64,000 nucleotides of DNA, from positions 20,496 through 84,495 of the forward strand of contig CAYNPS010000001.1 of the NCBI GenBank assembly GCA_964399125.1, written 5' to 3'. The DNA is from an uncultured Terriglobales bacterium. GTDB taxonomy: Bacteria > Acidobacteriota > Terriglobia > Terriglobales > Acidobacteriaceae. The notes beneath the pieces were generated by a model. The model saw only the letters and a list, made by a program, of their open reading frames with translations. It was not told the origin of the DNA and made no database searches. Both the position numbers and the translations under genes were made by a program. Of this stretch, positions 53,519 through 63,458 are shown piece by piece (the stretch's first letter is position 1; each line of letters opens with the position of its first letter).

Positions 53519-54698
53519 GCATCATCACTCCTGACTGCATCTCGGTCGGCTCACGATGAATGACCTCGGCACAAGCACGATAGAGTTCCTGGGCCGTATC
53601 ACTCCACGAACGTCGGCTTCTCCGTGCAATGAGTTCATAGTCCCAATCTGTCGAAAGGGCCTGGTCTATTGCTTTGGCAAGAGGAGCGACTTCTCGAGGC
53701 GGGACCAATATGGCACGAGCGTGGTCAACCAATTCTGGAATGCCTCCTACATTCGTCGCGACGATGGGCTTTCCGCAATTCAACGCCTCAACCACAACGT
53801 TCGGACATCCTTCGGCGTAACTGGGCAATGCAAAAACGTCTGCGGCATTCATCCATTCGGCCACCTTGCGAGATGCGCAAGGTGGCACGATCCGAAGCTT
53901 CTCCTTAAATCCGAGTTCAACGGCCAAAATGTTAAGAGCTTCCTTTGCCGGTCCTTCGCCAACCAGTGTCAAGCGCAGATTGGGCCTGCTATCTGACAGT
54001 TGAGCACAAGCTCGGACCAATTCCCGGAGACCCTTCAGAAGATCGAATCGCCCGACGTAGAGAACCGACTGCTCGCGCACTTCTATCCCGAGTTGTTGCC
54101 GAACCAGAGCTCTATCAACTGGGCAAAAGATATCGGTATCGCAGCCGTTCAAGATTGCCTTTACCTTCGAATTCGAAGCGCCCAGAGCAATTGCTCTCTC
54201 GGCAAGACCATTGCTGACCGTTACAACAAGATCCGAATGACGTAGTGTCCATTCGGTCATATGCCGAACGACGCCGGATAATGATCTATTCAGATCAGTA
54301 CCGATGGCAGTTGTGACGATTGGAATCCCCAAACTCTTGCCCACCTTGACCGCGGAATATCCGTCGGGATAGACCCAATAGTTCAAGATCAGATCCGGCC
54401 GATAACGACCGATCAGTCGTTCTAGCTTCATTGCGCAAACGTCGCCGTTGATGTAACGGCTCAGTACAGGAAACGCGGGATAGTCAAAGTAGGTTGTTTT
54501 GACCTCCGGTTGGAAGCTTAGATCCGTTTTTGCCCATGGCCGGCTTCGTGGCAGAAGCCAGTTTGGATACTTGGCTTGCGGTGCGAAAGCCTCAACGTCC
54601 ACGGCTTCACGCAGCCGCCGAATTGTCTGATAAGCCGAATGGCCGCGGTAAGGTTGCTCACGAACCGGCCAATACTGCGTTACGATCGCCCATCTCAT
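53496..54698 (-). CDS. GT4 (GT-B fold) glycosyltransferase
   Basis: 400 aa with the block PSYAEGCPNVVVEALNCGKPIVATNVGGIPELV. Confidence 0.87.
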   Translation of the reverse strand: MRWAIVTQYWPVREQPYRGHSAYQTIRRLREAVDVEAFAPQAKYPNWLLPRSRPWAKTDLSFQPEVKTTYFDYPAFPVLSRYINGDVCAMKLERLIGRYRPDLILNYWVYPDGYSAVKVGKSLGIPIVTTAIGTDLNRSLSGVVRHMTEWTLRHSDLVVTVSNGLAERAIALGASNSKVKAILNGCDTDIFCPVDRALVRQQLGIEVREQSVLYVGRFDLLKGLRELVRACAQLSDSRPNLRLTLVGEGPAKEALNILAVELGFKEKLRIVPPCASRKVAEWMNAADVFALPSYAEGCPNVVVEALNCGKPIVATNVGGIPELVDHARAILVPPREVAPLAKAIDQALSTDWDYELIARRSRRSWSDTAQELYRACAEVIHREPTEMQSGVMMHASTTPR

Positions 54699-54941
54699 TG
54701 ATTATTCAAACCACAGTCCGCATGCCCTTAACTGACTGGAAGAAATAGACTCGTAAGCGATGCAGAGACCCTTCGGCATCCTGATATTAGCATCGAAAAG
54801 CCGGCTGGAGCCTGGGGAAATCGTGCAAGTCGAGGTACCTAAGTAACAGAAATTAAATAACTTTCTCTGAGCCAGCCTCAAACAGAGTTATTTTTCTGCT
54901 ACCGGCATTGTAATATGCCTGTTGCCTATTTTCGTCACCAA

Positions 54942-55856
54942 ATGTCCACAAAAACATCGGTTAGCGTTGTAATTCCCTGCTATAACACCGCGCAGTTCTT
55001 ACCAGCCGCGGTCGACAGTGTTCTTGCACAAACGGAGCCTGTTGAGGAGATCCTTGTTGTCGATGACGGCTCTAGTGACAATACTCGTGAGGTCGCATCA
55101 CGGTACGGCTCAAAAATTAAGTATGTGTTCCAGAAGAACAAGGGCTTAGCTGCCGCCCGTAATACCGGCATCCGAGAATCGAACTCGGACTGGGTCGCCT
55201 TCCTGGATGCAGACGACTGGTGGATGCCAGAAAAAATATCACTGCAAAAGCGCCTTATTCAGCCCAACGTCGTGCTTATCTATACTGGCGTCCTTTTCGT
55301 AAATTCCAATGGAACCTCGACCGCATCCTCTCCGACCCCTCCCGCGTCGCTGTGGCCCAAGTTGAGGGCGATGAATCTAATTACGCCTTCGACAGTTATG
55401 GTCAAAAAAGACGCCCTGCTCGAGTTAGGAGGATTCAACGAATCGATACGAGCCTGCGAGGATTGGGAACTTTGGGTTCGACTGTTCCCCATAGGTTCGT
55501 TTGCAATGGTGCCAAAAGCGGTGACCGGCTATCGAGTCGTAAGCGGTAGCCTAAGCAGTAATCCCGATCGTATGCTCAACACCTTTTATGCGATTTTGGA
55601 TTCAACACTGTTGAGTGGCCTGACCGGCGTTGAACGCGCCATTTGGCGACGACGAGCCATAAGTTCCCAACTCTACTCAGCGGCGCTCATTGCAAGAGAA
55701 GGCAAAATGGTTTTCAACGAATTCGACCTGCTGTTGAAATCGCTTCTTACCTGGCCTTCTCCACTGTGGCAAGGCAGCCGGTTTGCTGCACTGGTGGTGT
55801 CGACAAGAAAAAGATTCTCTGGTGCGTTCAAGCTTCCCACGGGTTCTGTCCTTTGA
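54942..55856 (+). CDS. GT2 (GT-A fold) glycosyltransferase
   Basis: The track ORF starts at 54915. The ATG at 54942 gives MSTKTSVSVVIPCYNTAQFL. Seen: VVDDGSSDNT, GLAAARNTGI and FLDADDWW (DxD). Confidence 0.87.
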   Translation: MSTKTSVSVVIPCYNTAQFLPAAVDSVLAQTEPVEEILVVDDGSSDNTREVASRYGSKIKYVFQKNKGLAAARNTGIRESNSDWVAFLDADDWWMPEKISLQKRLIQPNVVLIYTGVLFVNSNGTSTASSPTPPASLWPKLRAMNLITPSTVMVKKDALLELGGFNESIRACEDWELWVRLFPIGSFAMVPKAVTGYRVVSGSLSSNPDRMLNTFYAILDSTLLSGLTGVERAIWRRRAISSQLYSAALIAREGKMVFNEFDLLLKSLLTWPSPLWQGSRFAALVVSTRKRFSGAFKLPTGSVL

Positions 55857-57129
55857 TCATCCGGTAACCGTTAAAAAGGTCACGCCAGGAGTATCCGCTC
55901 GCGATCTCCCTGGAAGATCGCACTCGATCCAGAAATGTTCCGCGACCCTGATGCCATTTTGCCCGGATTTCCATCAACACATCTGCAGCTGAGGCAATCG
56001 GTGAGAGTCTGTCCGGACAAGGAAGCAATTCTCGTCGCATGCCTTCCCGTGGCGAGCTCGCAAGTATCTGCTCGTACAGATTTCCTAATGGCGTCAACAT
56101 CGTGCCCCATTTCATGTTCACGACTCGCTGACGCGCGGCTTTTTGCATGGCAATGCAGTTCGTTGAACATGCTGCCTTTAAAACGGCCGCTGTCAGTCCT
56201 TGCGCGTCGCCAGGATCGGCGAAATAGCCAGTGATCTCATTCTGGACGACAGAGGGCACCAGCCCAACTTTAGTTGCCACCACCACTCTTTCGCACGCCA
56301 TAGCTTCTAATACGGTACAAGGCCCACCTTCGATCCGAGAGGTCATCAGATAAACGTCCATTAAGGCATATATCGATGGCAGCTCTGATCGCCGTAGGTG
56401 TCCCGTCGAGGTGACACGAACACCGCGTGCACGAAGATCCTGTACCTCACTATCCCAACCAGGTCCACATAACAAAACGTGCAAACGCGGCAGGTGTGTT
56501 GCCAAATTGTTGATTACCGCGTGCAGGGTATCGGTCCCTTTTCTACCTTGATCTCGATCACTGCCCTTGGTTCCGAGGAAGCCTAAGACAAATGCGTTTT
56601 TTTCAATACCCCAAGACCTACGATCGCAAGGGACGGCTCTGAAGAACTCAGCGTCAACGCCGTGCCTCACGACCTCAACTCGCGTTTGAACGGCATAACC
56701 TGCAACTTCCCTCTTCCACTCCTCAGTACAGGTAATCAACGCCTTGCTGACGTCGGCCGCCAATTGATGATCCTCAGACCAGCGGGTGATGTGATGGATC
56801 CAAGTTATGATGGGAGGAAGAACGACGCCGGACTTGGCTACCATTGGAACGCTCGATTCATTGAGGCAATGAACAATATCAACCCCACGCAAAAGGGAAC
56901 ATAAAAGATCGCCTCTTCTGATTAGCACACTTTCTGGCACGAAATAGAAATCGTATTCGCGGCCAAACCTTTCAATGATGTGCCGGCCCATCTCCCCGAT
57001 AATCCACCAAGCCACGTTGGGAATCAGGAGAATCCTCGGCTTTGCCTCGTCTCTTTGTGAACACGTCCAACCCGCCTTCAACACATACCAACCTAAGTAT
57101 CGAGGATTCCCTAACTCGCAGCTTCGCAC
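55828..57129 (-). CDS. GT4 (GT-B fold) glycosyltransferase
   Basis: 433 aa with the block SRIEGGPCTVLEAMACERVVVATKVGLVPSVV. Its 3' end overlaps the convergent GT2 gene by 29 nt. Confidence 0.82.
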   Translation of the reverse strand: MRSCELGNPRYLGWYVLKAGWTCSQRDEAKPRILLIPNVAWWIIGEMGRHIIERFGREYDFYFVPESVLIRRGDLLCSLLRGVDIVHCLNESSVPMVAKSGVVLPPIITWIHHITRWSEDHQLAADVSKALITCTEEWKREVAGYAVQTRVEVVRHGVDAEFFRAVPCDRRSWGIEKNAFVLGFLGTKGSDRDQGRKGTDTLHAVINNLATHLPRLHVLLCGPGWDSEVQDLRARGVRVTSTGHLRRSELPSIYALMDVYLMTSRIEGGPCTVLEAMACERVVVATKVGLVPSVVQNEITGYFADPGDAQGLTAAVLKAACSTNCIAMQKAARQRVVNMKWGTMLTPLGNLYEQILASSPREGMRRELLPCPDRLSPIASAADVLMEIRAKWHQGRGTFLDRVRSSREIASGYSWRDLFNGYRMIKGQNPWEA

Positions 57130-57213
57130 AAGCCGCCCAGCTTCCGATTACGTCCATGATATCGTGTGAGAAGCGCTACTGACGCTATCTTATACGGGAC
57201 AGCGCAGCCCTAG

Positions 57214-58587
57214 ATGGCAAAGTTTATAACCCTTTTGTTCATATTGGTCGCTTACCTCGGACCGGAGAAGGTTTTTGGTCCACTGGTTCAACTGCACGTT
57301 GAGATTATCATCGGAACCCTTGCGATTCTAATCTCCCTGCCCGGTTTGCTTCAGACTCTCCAGTCGGCTCCTGCGCAGGCTTATGCCCTGCTGGGACTCA
57401 TCACAGCCGTGTTCCTCTCCCTGATTGCAAATCATTGGTTCGGTGGGGCGATTAATGCGGTCGATTTGTTCTTACCTCAAGCCATTCCGTTTTTCCTGGT
57501 CATCTTTAACTTCAAAACCAAGAGAGACATGCAAATGCTAGTACTCGTTCTCTTGGTCGTTTCCTTTGTAGTAATTTATGCCGGCTACTCTGATCTGCGC
57601 GCAAACAACTTTCACAGCCCATATCTGATTGCGCAATCAAACGACGCGGGGCAAACGTTTTACCGTTTGAGGGGCGAGACCTTCATTGGTGATCCGAATG
57701 ACTTTGCCCAGCTTCTGGTATGCCTCATCCCACTTACCTTTCTCTTCTGGGTCCGAAAACACAGAATCCGCAATATCCTTCTTGTGTACGTTCCAATAGC
57801 AGGGCTGATTTTCGGGATGTTCCTGACACATTCGCGCGGAGGGGTAATAGCGCTACTTGCGGTGCTGTTGATGGCTGCACGAAAGCGGCTCGGGACGATA
57901 CCTTCATCCATTCTCGCCGGCTTGGCCTTTTTGGCGACAACAGCGCTTGGCTGGACGGGAGGCAGAGACATTTCGGTTGAACAAGGGGCCGGTCGCATGG
58001 ATGCCTGGGCCGAAGGCCTTCAGTTAGTTCAGACGAATCCTATCTTTGGGGTAGGGTACAACCGTTTTACCGAGTTCTATTACATTACCGCCCACAACAC
58101 CATTGTGGTCTGTGCTGCGGAGCTGGGAATTTTGGGATTCTTCTTTTGGGTGCTGTTTACTGTGCCCTGCTTTCTGAACTCCTGGCAGGTCGCAAGATGG
58201 CAACCGTCTCTCCAGGGAAAGGCGGCTTCGGCTAATGCGGATTCGATACCAGTTACATCTGTCGAGGCTTCGCCAATCATGGCGGGCACAAAAGAGACAT
58301 CAAGATATGAACTGAGTACCGCTGAAATCGCCAGGTTAGGCCGGATCATGCTTCTTACCATGACCGGGTTCTTAGTAGCTGGCTGGTTCCTTTCGCGAGC
58401 TTACGTAATGACCTTATTCGTTTTTGGCGGATTGTCAGAGATTGTATTCCGATTAGCAGCCAATTCCGGCATGATTGAAAAGAGATTATCACGGAACCAA
58501 CTGCTGCGGATCAGCAGCATCACGACCATTGCACTGCTGGTCTTGGTCTACATTATTTTGCGAATTTCTAATCTGACACGCTTTTAA
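57214..58587 (+). CDS. wzy: O-antigen ligase/Wzy-family polymerase
   Basis: 457 aa and polytopic. Wzy_C motifs are LTHSRGGVIALL and AHNTIVVCAAELGILGFFFW. Confidence 0.8.
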   Translation: MAKFITLLFILVAYLGPEKVFGPLVQLHVEIIIGTLAILISLPGLLQTLQSAPAQAYALLGLITAVFLSLIANHWFGGAINAVDLFLPQAIPFFLVIFNFKTKRDMQMLVLVLLVVSFVVIYAGYSDLRANNFHSPYLIAQSNDAGQTFYRLRGETFIGDPNDFAQLLVCLIPLTFLFWVRKHRIRNILLVYVPIAGLIFGMFLTHSRGGVIALLAVLLMAARKRLGTIPSSILAGLAFLATTALGWTGGRDISVEQGAGRMDAWAEGLQLVQTNPIFGVGYNRFTEFYYITAHNTIVVCAAELGILGFFFWVLFTVPCFLNSWQVARWQPSLQGKAASANADSIPVTSVEASPIMAGTKETSRYELSTAEIARLGRIMLLTMTGFLVAGWFLSRAYVMTLFVFGGLSEIVFRLAANSGMIEKRLSRNQLLRISSITTIALLVLVYIILRISNLTRF

Positions 58588-59686
58588 CCAAGAGTGCAGA
58601 GGATGTAGGTATCCGTGTCGCCTCCATTAGGCTCTTCAGCTTCAAAAATGGAGACTCGATCACATAGTAGGAGATCGCAGCAGCAGCAATCGCGCATAGC
58701 ACGTTAAGAGGAAGTGTGGTCGCCCAATAATCAACATCAGCTAGGAAGAAGGGATTTTGCCAAAGGTAGAGTGAGTAACTGAGCGTTCCGATCAAAATCA
58801 TGAAACGCGAGTTAAGCATTACGCCAATCCATGACTCATGATTCCGAATTGCCCAATCGATGCAGAACACGGTGCCAATATTCGCCATTGTTTGCCCGAT
58901 CACATAGAAATAACCTGGCCGAAATAGGTACAAGGCATTACCGAAGAAGACCAGCCCTATAGCAATAGAGAGAAAGCTAGCACTTGAACGCTGCAGCTGC
59001 CGGTAAAGAGACGAACCTCCTAGGCGATTGAAATACCCGGCTAGCAAACATCCCGTCGCTAAGGCGTCGGCGACCGACTGAAAATGCTTGGTCATGGCCG
59101 TGTCCGTTGCGCCCCACCAGTACCACATACAGGCCCTCATGAGAGGTGCAACAATAACCACGATCCATGCGCCGCGAAATGCTCTTCGCGCACCCAACGC
59201 GACTAAGATACCTGGCCATACGAGGTAAAACTGCTCTTCGACCGAGAGAGACCACAGATGGTCGACCCAGACCGACCTGATCTGTTTGTAATTCATCGTG
59301 TAACTTACCGCATGGATGAGATCGCCCGGCTTTAAGTCAATGACTTTCAACGCGCTCAACAGAGCCATGACTCCGATGAAAGTAAACGCGGCCGGGAAGA
59401 TCCGGAGCGCTCGACGGATATAGAAGCCTTTCAGTGAGATTTTCCCGTTCTTCGACCATTCCTTTAGCAACAGCGTCGTGATTAAGAAGCCGGAAATGAC
59501 GAAGAAGAAACGCACTCCAAAATTACCAAGGTGATGTAGCGGTGCCAAGGTTGGCGAGGTGCCGTGGCTCATGGATCCGTGTCCTAAGAAGACGAGCGCG
59601 ATAGAGATTGCCCGTAGTCCATCGAGAGAAGGCACTCGACCCGGTAGTTTAGGAACATCCAAATTGGAATATCTGTTAAACGTCAT
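58568..59686 (-). CDS. Acyltransferase-3 family membrane O-acyltransferase (OafA-like)
   Basis: 372 aa with about 10 TM helices. The N-terminal LDGLRAISIALVFLGH motif is present. Confidence 0.87.
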   Translation of the reverse strand: MTFNRYSNLDVPKLPGRVPSLDGLRAISIALVFLGHGSMSHGTSPTLAPLHHLGNFGVRFFFVISGFLITTLLLKEWSKNGKISLKGFYIRRALRIFPAAFTFIGVMALLSALKVIDLKPGDLIHAVSYTMNYKQIRSVWVDHLWSLSVEEQFYLVWPGILVALGARRAFRGAWIVVIVAPLMRACMWYWWGATDTAMTKHFQSVADALATGCLLAGYFNRLGGSSLYRQLQRSSASFLSIAIGLVFFGNALYLFRPGYFYVIGQTMANIGTVFCIDWAIRNHESWIGVMLNSRFMILIGTLSYSLYLWQNPFFLADVDYWATTLPLNVLCAIAAAAISYYVIESPFLKLKSLMEATRIPTSSALLVKSVSD

Positions 59687-59748
59687 CTATCATCAACCGA
59701 CATTTCGAAACTGCTCTCTAACTTGCAACTATCCTCCTCTGGCTGCAC

Positions 59749-61014
59749 TCAGGCCGAGCTTTCCGCCGCCACGGCACTCAGCGCTTTCACCGAAGATCTG
59801 GCCATCAGTTTCTTGCGGAACTCAAGAAATGGAAATTCCACAACGCAGAACGTCACCAGCGCAATGCTTGCGGAACATAATGCAAGAACTGCTACACCAA
59901 TCCACTCCGCGACGACACTCCCTTGCGTAATCCAAGGAGTCCGGGGAAGTAGTGCGTGCACAACCCAGGATTTCATGTATTCGTGATTCAGGTACATTCC
60001 GAAGGAAAGCCTTGAAAGCCAGTAAAATAGGCGCGAATTGAAAATCACGGTCGTACAGTTCAATCCGTACCAGACTAAGGCACCAAAGACGAGAGCGAGA
60101 CCAGTAAAGGAGAAGACTTCTTTTTGTACGGTATGCAGACCCACAAGTGCGATCAAAGCGATTGTGATTATCAGAACAGAGGTGAATCTATTGGTGCGCG
60201 GTCGATTTCCGCTAACCCATATGTGAGCGATAATGAGTCCTACGATCAGACCGTCGCAGTGGGTGTGAAAGTTATAGTAGATTGGCTCAAAGGCTTTTGG
60301 ATCGTGCGCAAAGAAATGCCCCGTCGCACGAACCCACAGCACTATGCGCATAAGTGGGACGAATGCCAATAATGCCCAGAGTCCATTACGAAATCGGCGC
60401 AAAGAAACTCGTGACGAAAGAAACAAAAGCGCCAAGGGAGTCAGGATATAAAACTGCTCCTCTGTACACAGTGACCAACTGCCAAGCACGATGCCACGGT
60501 TGTGATAGTTGGTGATGAACGCTAAATCTGACCAGCCATAGCCTTTGGCCGACGTCGCGCTACCGTAGTAGATGAGAACACAGGCAAAAGTGAACAAGTA
60601 GAGTGGCCAAATCCGGAGACCTCGACGGATTACAAAACGGGGAAAGGAGATCGTGCCGCGGCTTCGCAATTCCTTCCAAAGTTGGCCACCAATGAAAAAT
60701 CCGCTCAGTACAAAGAACAGGTCAACCCCAATCCAGCCATTTGCGACGAAAGGAATGCGAGAATACCAATTGGCGCCATGCACAGCCGCGAATTCGGCGT
60801 TCAAGTGTCCGTTAATAACTAAGATAACCGCGATGGCTCTGAGTCCGTCCAGGAAAGGAATTTGACTGGCGGGCGGGTGCCATAACTCATGTAGCGCAGC
60901 GCGCAATGAGCCAAGTATCGCGAGAATGAACTCTCCAACCGGTCCGAACTTCCTCAAGCAGCCTCCCACAAACTCCAACATCGTGCGCGACATTGCCCAA
61001 GCAACCGAGCGCAA
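59749..61014 (-). CDS. Acyltransferase-3 family membrane O-acyltransferase (OafA-like)
   Basis: 421 aa and polytopic. Seen: LDGLRAIAVILVINGH. The start may lie downstream of the first ATG. Confidence 0.85.
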   Translation of the reverse strand: MRSVAWAMSRTMLEFVGGCLRKFGPVGEFILAILGSLRAALHELWHPPASQIPFLDGLRAIAVILVINGHLNAEFAAVHGANWYSRIPFVANGWIGVDLFFVLSGFFIGGQLWKELRSRGTISFPRFVIRRGLRIWPLYLFTFACVLIYYGSATSAKGYGWSDLAFITNYHNRGIVLGSWSLCTEEQFYILTPLALLFLSSRVSLRRFRNGLWALLAFVPLMRIVLWVRATGHFFAHDPKAFEPIYYNFHTHCDGLIVGLIIAHIWVSGNRPRTNRFTSVLIITIALIALVGLHTVQKEVFSFTGLALVFGALVWYGLNCTTVIFNSRLFYWLSRLSFGMYLNHEYMKSWVVHALLPRTPWITQGSVVAEWIGVAVLALCSASIALVTFCVVEFPFLEFRKKLMARSSVKALSAVAAESSA

Positions 61015-61126
61015 CGATGTTCTGCCTCACCAAATCGATAAACTGAAACGCACACTCAGCCACACAGATCGATGCGCCTTATGTTGTACATTAATAATCG
61101 CAAGCACCTGCAGACATCCTTCTAAA

Positions 61127-62203
61127 ATGAGAATCGTACATATCGTGGACAGCATGGAGGTGGGCGGCGCGGAGACCATCGTTGCGCAACTGTGTCAGTG
61201 GCAACGAGAACGCGGTCATGAAGCGATTGTCCTCGCGCATCTGCGCTTGGGTGCGCTTGGGGAGCGGATGTTGTCGCAAGGCTTCCGCGTCCAAGTCCTT
61301 GGCCCGGCTCACTTGCCTCAAATTGCGTATCGCTTCCTTCGTGCCTTGCACACATTCAAGCCTGATGTTGTTCACTGCCATAATCCCACACCCACGATCT
61401 ATGCCGCCGTGCCCGCTCGGCTGGCGGGGGCGCAATCGGTTATATCCACCCGCCACAGCCTCGTCGAACCGCCCTACAGTCTCCCACAGGAATCCAAATA
61501 TGCGATTGCATCGCGGTGCTGCGATCACATTGTTGGAATCTGCGAGGCTACTTGCAACAACCTGCGTAACGCTCCCATGGCACGCCGGACGCGTATTGTG
61601 CGCATCTATAACGGGACGGCTGCGATCTCTCAGCCCAGTGCGGGGCGAAGCCAGAACGGCGCAACGGTTTTCCTCTACGTGGGACGTTTGGCTCCGGTGA
61701 AGGATCATGCCACTCTGCTTCAAGCTTTTCAGCATGCGTTGCAGAGCAACAATTCGCTCCACCTCCAACTGGTTGGGGATGGACCTTGCATGGCGAGGTT
61801 GCGGAATCTCGCCCAGGAGCTTGGCATCTCGAGTAAGGTTCATTTTGCTGGACAGCAAATCGATATAGCCCCTTTTCTCGCTGCGGCGGATACCTTCATC
61901 ATGTCTTCTGTATCGGAAGGTGTGCCCATGTCCTTGCTGCAAGCGATGTCGGTTGGACTGCCAGCGATTGTCACCGACGTTGGTGGCATGGCGGAAGTTG
62001 TTCGGCTGGCTAACTCTGGGTTGATCGTTCCCGTCTCGAATCCCGCGAAAATGGCTGACGCGATGCTTGCGATCGCTGAAGATAGGAATCAACGCCTCCG
62101 CTATTCCACGGCCGCTCTCGCCGCATTCGAACGTTGGTTTACGCTCGACCGGATGGCGGAGTCGTACATGGATCTCTACCGGCACGTAGCTTCCTTCGCT
62201 TAG
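61127..62203 (+). CDS. GT4 (GT-B fold) glycosyltransferase
   Basis: The track ORF starts at 60926, which would overlap the divergent gene. The ATG at 61127 gives MRIVHIVDSMEVGGAETIV. The C-terminus carries SVSEGVPMSLLQAMSVGLPAIVTDVGGMAEVV. Confidence 0.87.
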   Translation: MRIVHIVDSMEVGGAETIVAQLCQWQRERGHEAIVLAHLRLGALGERMLSQGFRVQVLGPAHLPQIAYRFLRALHTFKPDVVHCHNPTPTIYAAVPARLAGAQSVISTRHSLVEPPYSLPQESKYAIASRCCDHIVGICEATCNNLRNAPMARRTRIVRIYNGTAAISQPSAGRSQNGATVFLYVGRLAPVKDHATLLQAFQHALQSNNSLHLQLVGDGPCMARLRNLAQELGISSKVHFAGQQIDIAPFLAAADTFIMSSVSEGVPMSLLQAMSVGLPAIVTDVGGMAEVVRLANSGLIVPVSNPAKMADAMLAIAEDRNQRLRYSTAALAAFERWFTLDRMAESYMDLYRHVASFA

Positions 62204-62205
62204 AC

Positions 62206-63393
62206 TCATAGCTCTGCCGCCGCCGTTTGCCGCTCATGCTCCGTGACGCATTTCACCGCTTCCGAAGTTCGCCAAATCTTCCACAGCGGACCGCGCGTAA
62301 ATAGCACCTTGTAGAGTCCCACCACTGCAGCCGCATTCAGCGTCAGCAAAGCGAACAGGGGACCAGAGAGCCTCTTTATGCCCCCGAGATTGCACACCCG
62401 CGCGGCAAGCGCAAAGGCGAGCAAGCTTGCAACAAACAGCGTGAATAACAGAAAACTAGGACTCGATCTGGCAAGAAGCGCCGCGCTTACAAGCGCGCAT
62501 AAAGCAAGATAAGGGACGACAAGGCGTAATACCTTGTGGGACAGAAACTGCCACAGAAGCCGATTTCGCAGGCTAAGAATCCAGGGTGCTTGGCCGAGCA
62601 ACTGGAAGTTCCCCGCCAGAGTGCGAACCTTTCGTTCGAATTCGCCCTGGATAGTTTTCGGCCACACGTCGTACACCCGGGCTCGCGCGTCAATTACAGA
62701 GCGGTAGCCCTGGCGCACGATCGCCAGTGGCTGAAACATGTCATCCAGAATGATTCCCTTCGGAAAGGGACGTAATAGCTCGCGTCGCGCCGCGTAAAAT
62801 CCGCCATAGACGCCAACCGGAGAGTCAAAGCGCGCCTCAGAATTTCGGATCCACTGCTCGTAACGCCAGTAGAGTCCGCCGACGGCGGCACTCGACGCAT
62901 CATTCCCATCTGTATGAACAATCAACTCGCCAGCGACACACCCTACGGTGGGATCAACGAAATTGCTTACCAGTTCGCTGATTGCGCCTGGTGCGATCTG
63001 CGGTCGGATGTCGATAAAAAGTACGATTTCACCGGCAGCAATCTCGAGACCCGCATTCAGAGCCACGGCTTTTCCGCTGTGCTCGCTTAGCATGACCGGC
63101 TTGAGTCTGGGGTGCTTCGCCTCTGACAAGATTGAGGCGGTCTCGTCGGTTGAACCATCGGAAACGATGATCACTTCGCGCAGGTTCAGATACTCGAGGT
63201 TAAGCAGGTCGTTCAGCCTCTGGGGCAAAACCGTCGCACCATTTCGCACCGCCATGACGATGCTGAGAGTGGGGTCAATCGGCGTCCTCATCCAAGGCTT
63301 CGGTCGGAATCTGGCCAGCATCCAGATCAGTACCGGATATCCGACGTAGGTGTAAACAATGATTGCCGTCGAAATCCAAAACGCAATCCTCAT
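62206..63393 (-). CDS. Membrane-embedded GT2 glycosyltransferase (N- and C-terminal TM helices)
   Basis: 395 aa. Seen: LSIVMAVRNG, IIVSDGSTDET, GKAVALNAG and LFIDIRP, with three to four C-terminal TM helices. Confidence 0.85.
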   Translation of the reverse strand: MRIAFWISTAIIVYTYVGYPVLIWMLARFRPKPWMRTPIDPTLSIVMAVRNGATVLPQRLNDLLNLEYLNLREVIIVSDGSTDETASILSEAKHPRLKPVMLSEHSGKAVALNAGLEIAAGEIVLFIDIRPQIAPGAISELVSNFVDPTVGCVAGELIVHTDGNDASSAAVGGLYWRYEQWIRNSEARFDSPVGVYGGFYAARRELLRPFPKGIILDDMFQPLAIVRQGYRSVIDARARVYDVWPKTIQGEFERKVRTLAGNFQLLGQAPWILSLRNRLLWQFLSHKVLRLVVPYLALCALVSAALLARSSPSFLLFTLFVASLLAFALAARVCNLGGIKRLSGPLFALLTLNAAAVVGLYKVLFTRGPLWKIWRTSEAVKCVTEHERQTAAAEL

Positions 63394-63458
63394 TGCCAGC
63401 CCCGTTCAAGAGTTGCCTTTGCGTATGCAAACCCGATCGCTATCACGTGCTCTGTTTC

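Noticed and set aside
57214-58587. Possibility that this polytopic protein is the missing exosortase
   Set aside because: It carries Wzy_C/O-antigen-ligase motifs (HSRGG, AHNTIVVCAAELGILG). At 457 aa it is also larger than exosortases, which have a different Cys/Arg/His motif set.
60926-61126. N-terminal 67-codon extension of the GT4 ORF
   Set aside because: The extension would overlap the divergent acyltransferase gene (59749..61014). GT4 enzymes typically begin at MRIxHIV..., which is found at 61127.
61091-62209. 372-aa minus-strand ORF antisense to the GT4 gene at 61127..62203
   Set aside because: The plus-strand frame has textbook GT4 motifs. The antisense product is Arg/His/Gly-rich and featureless.
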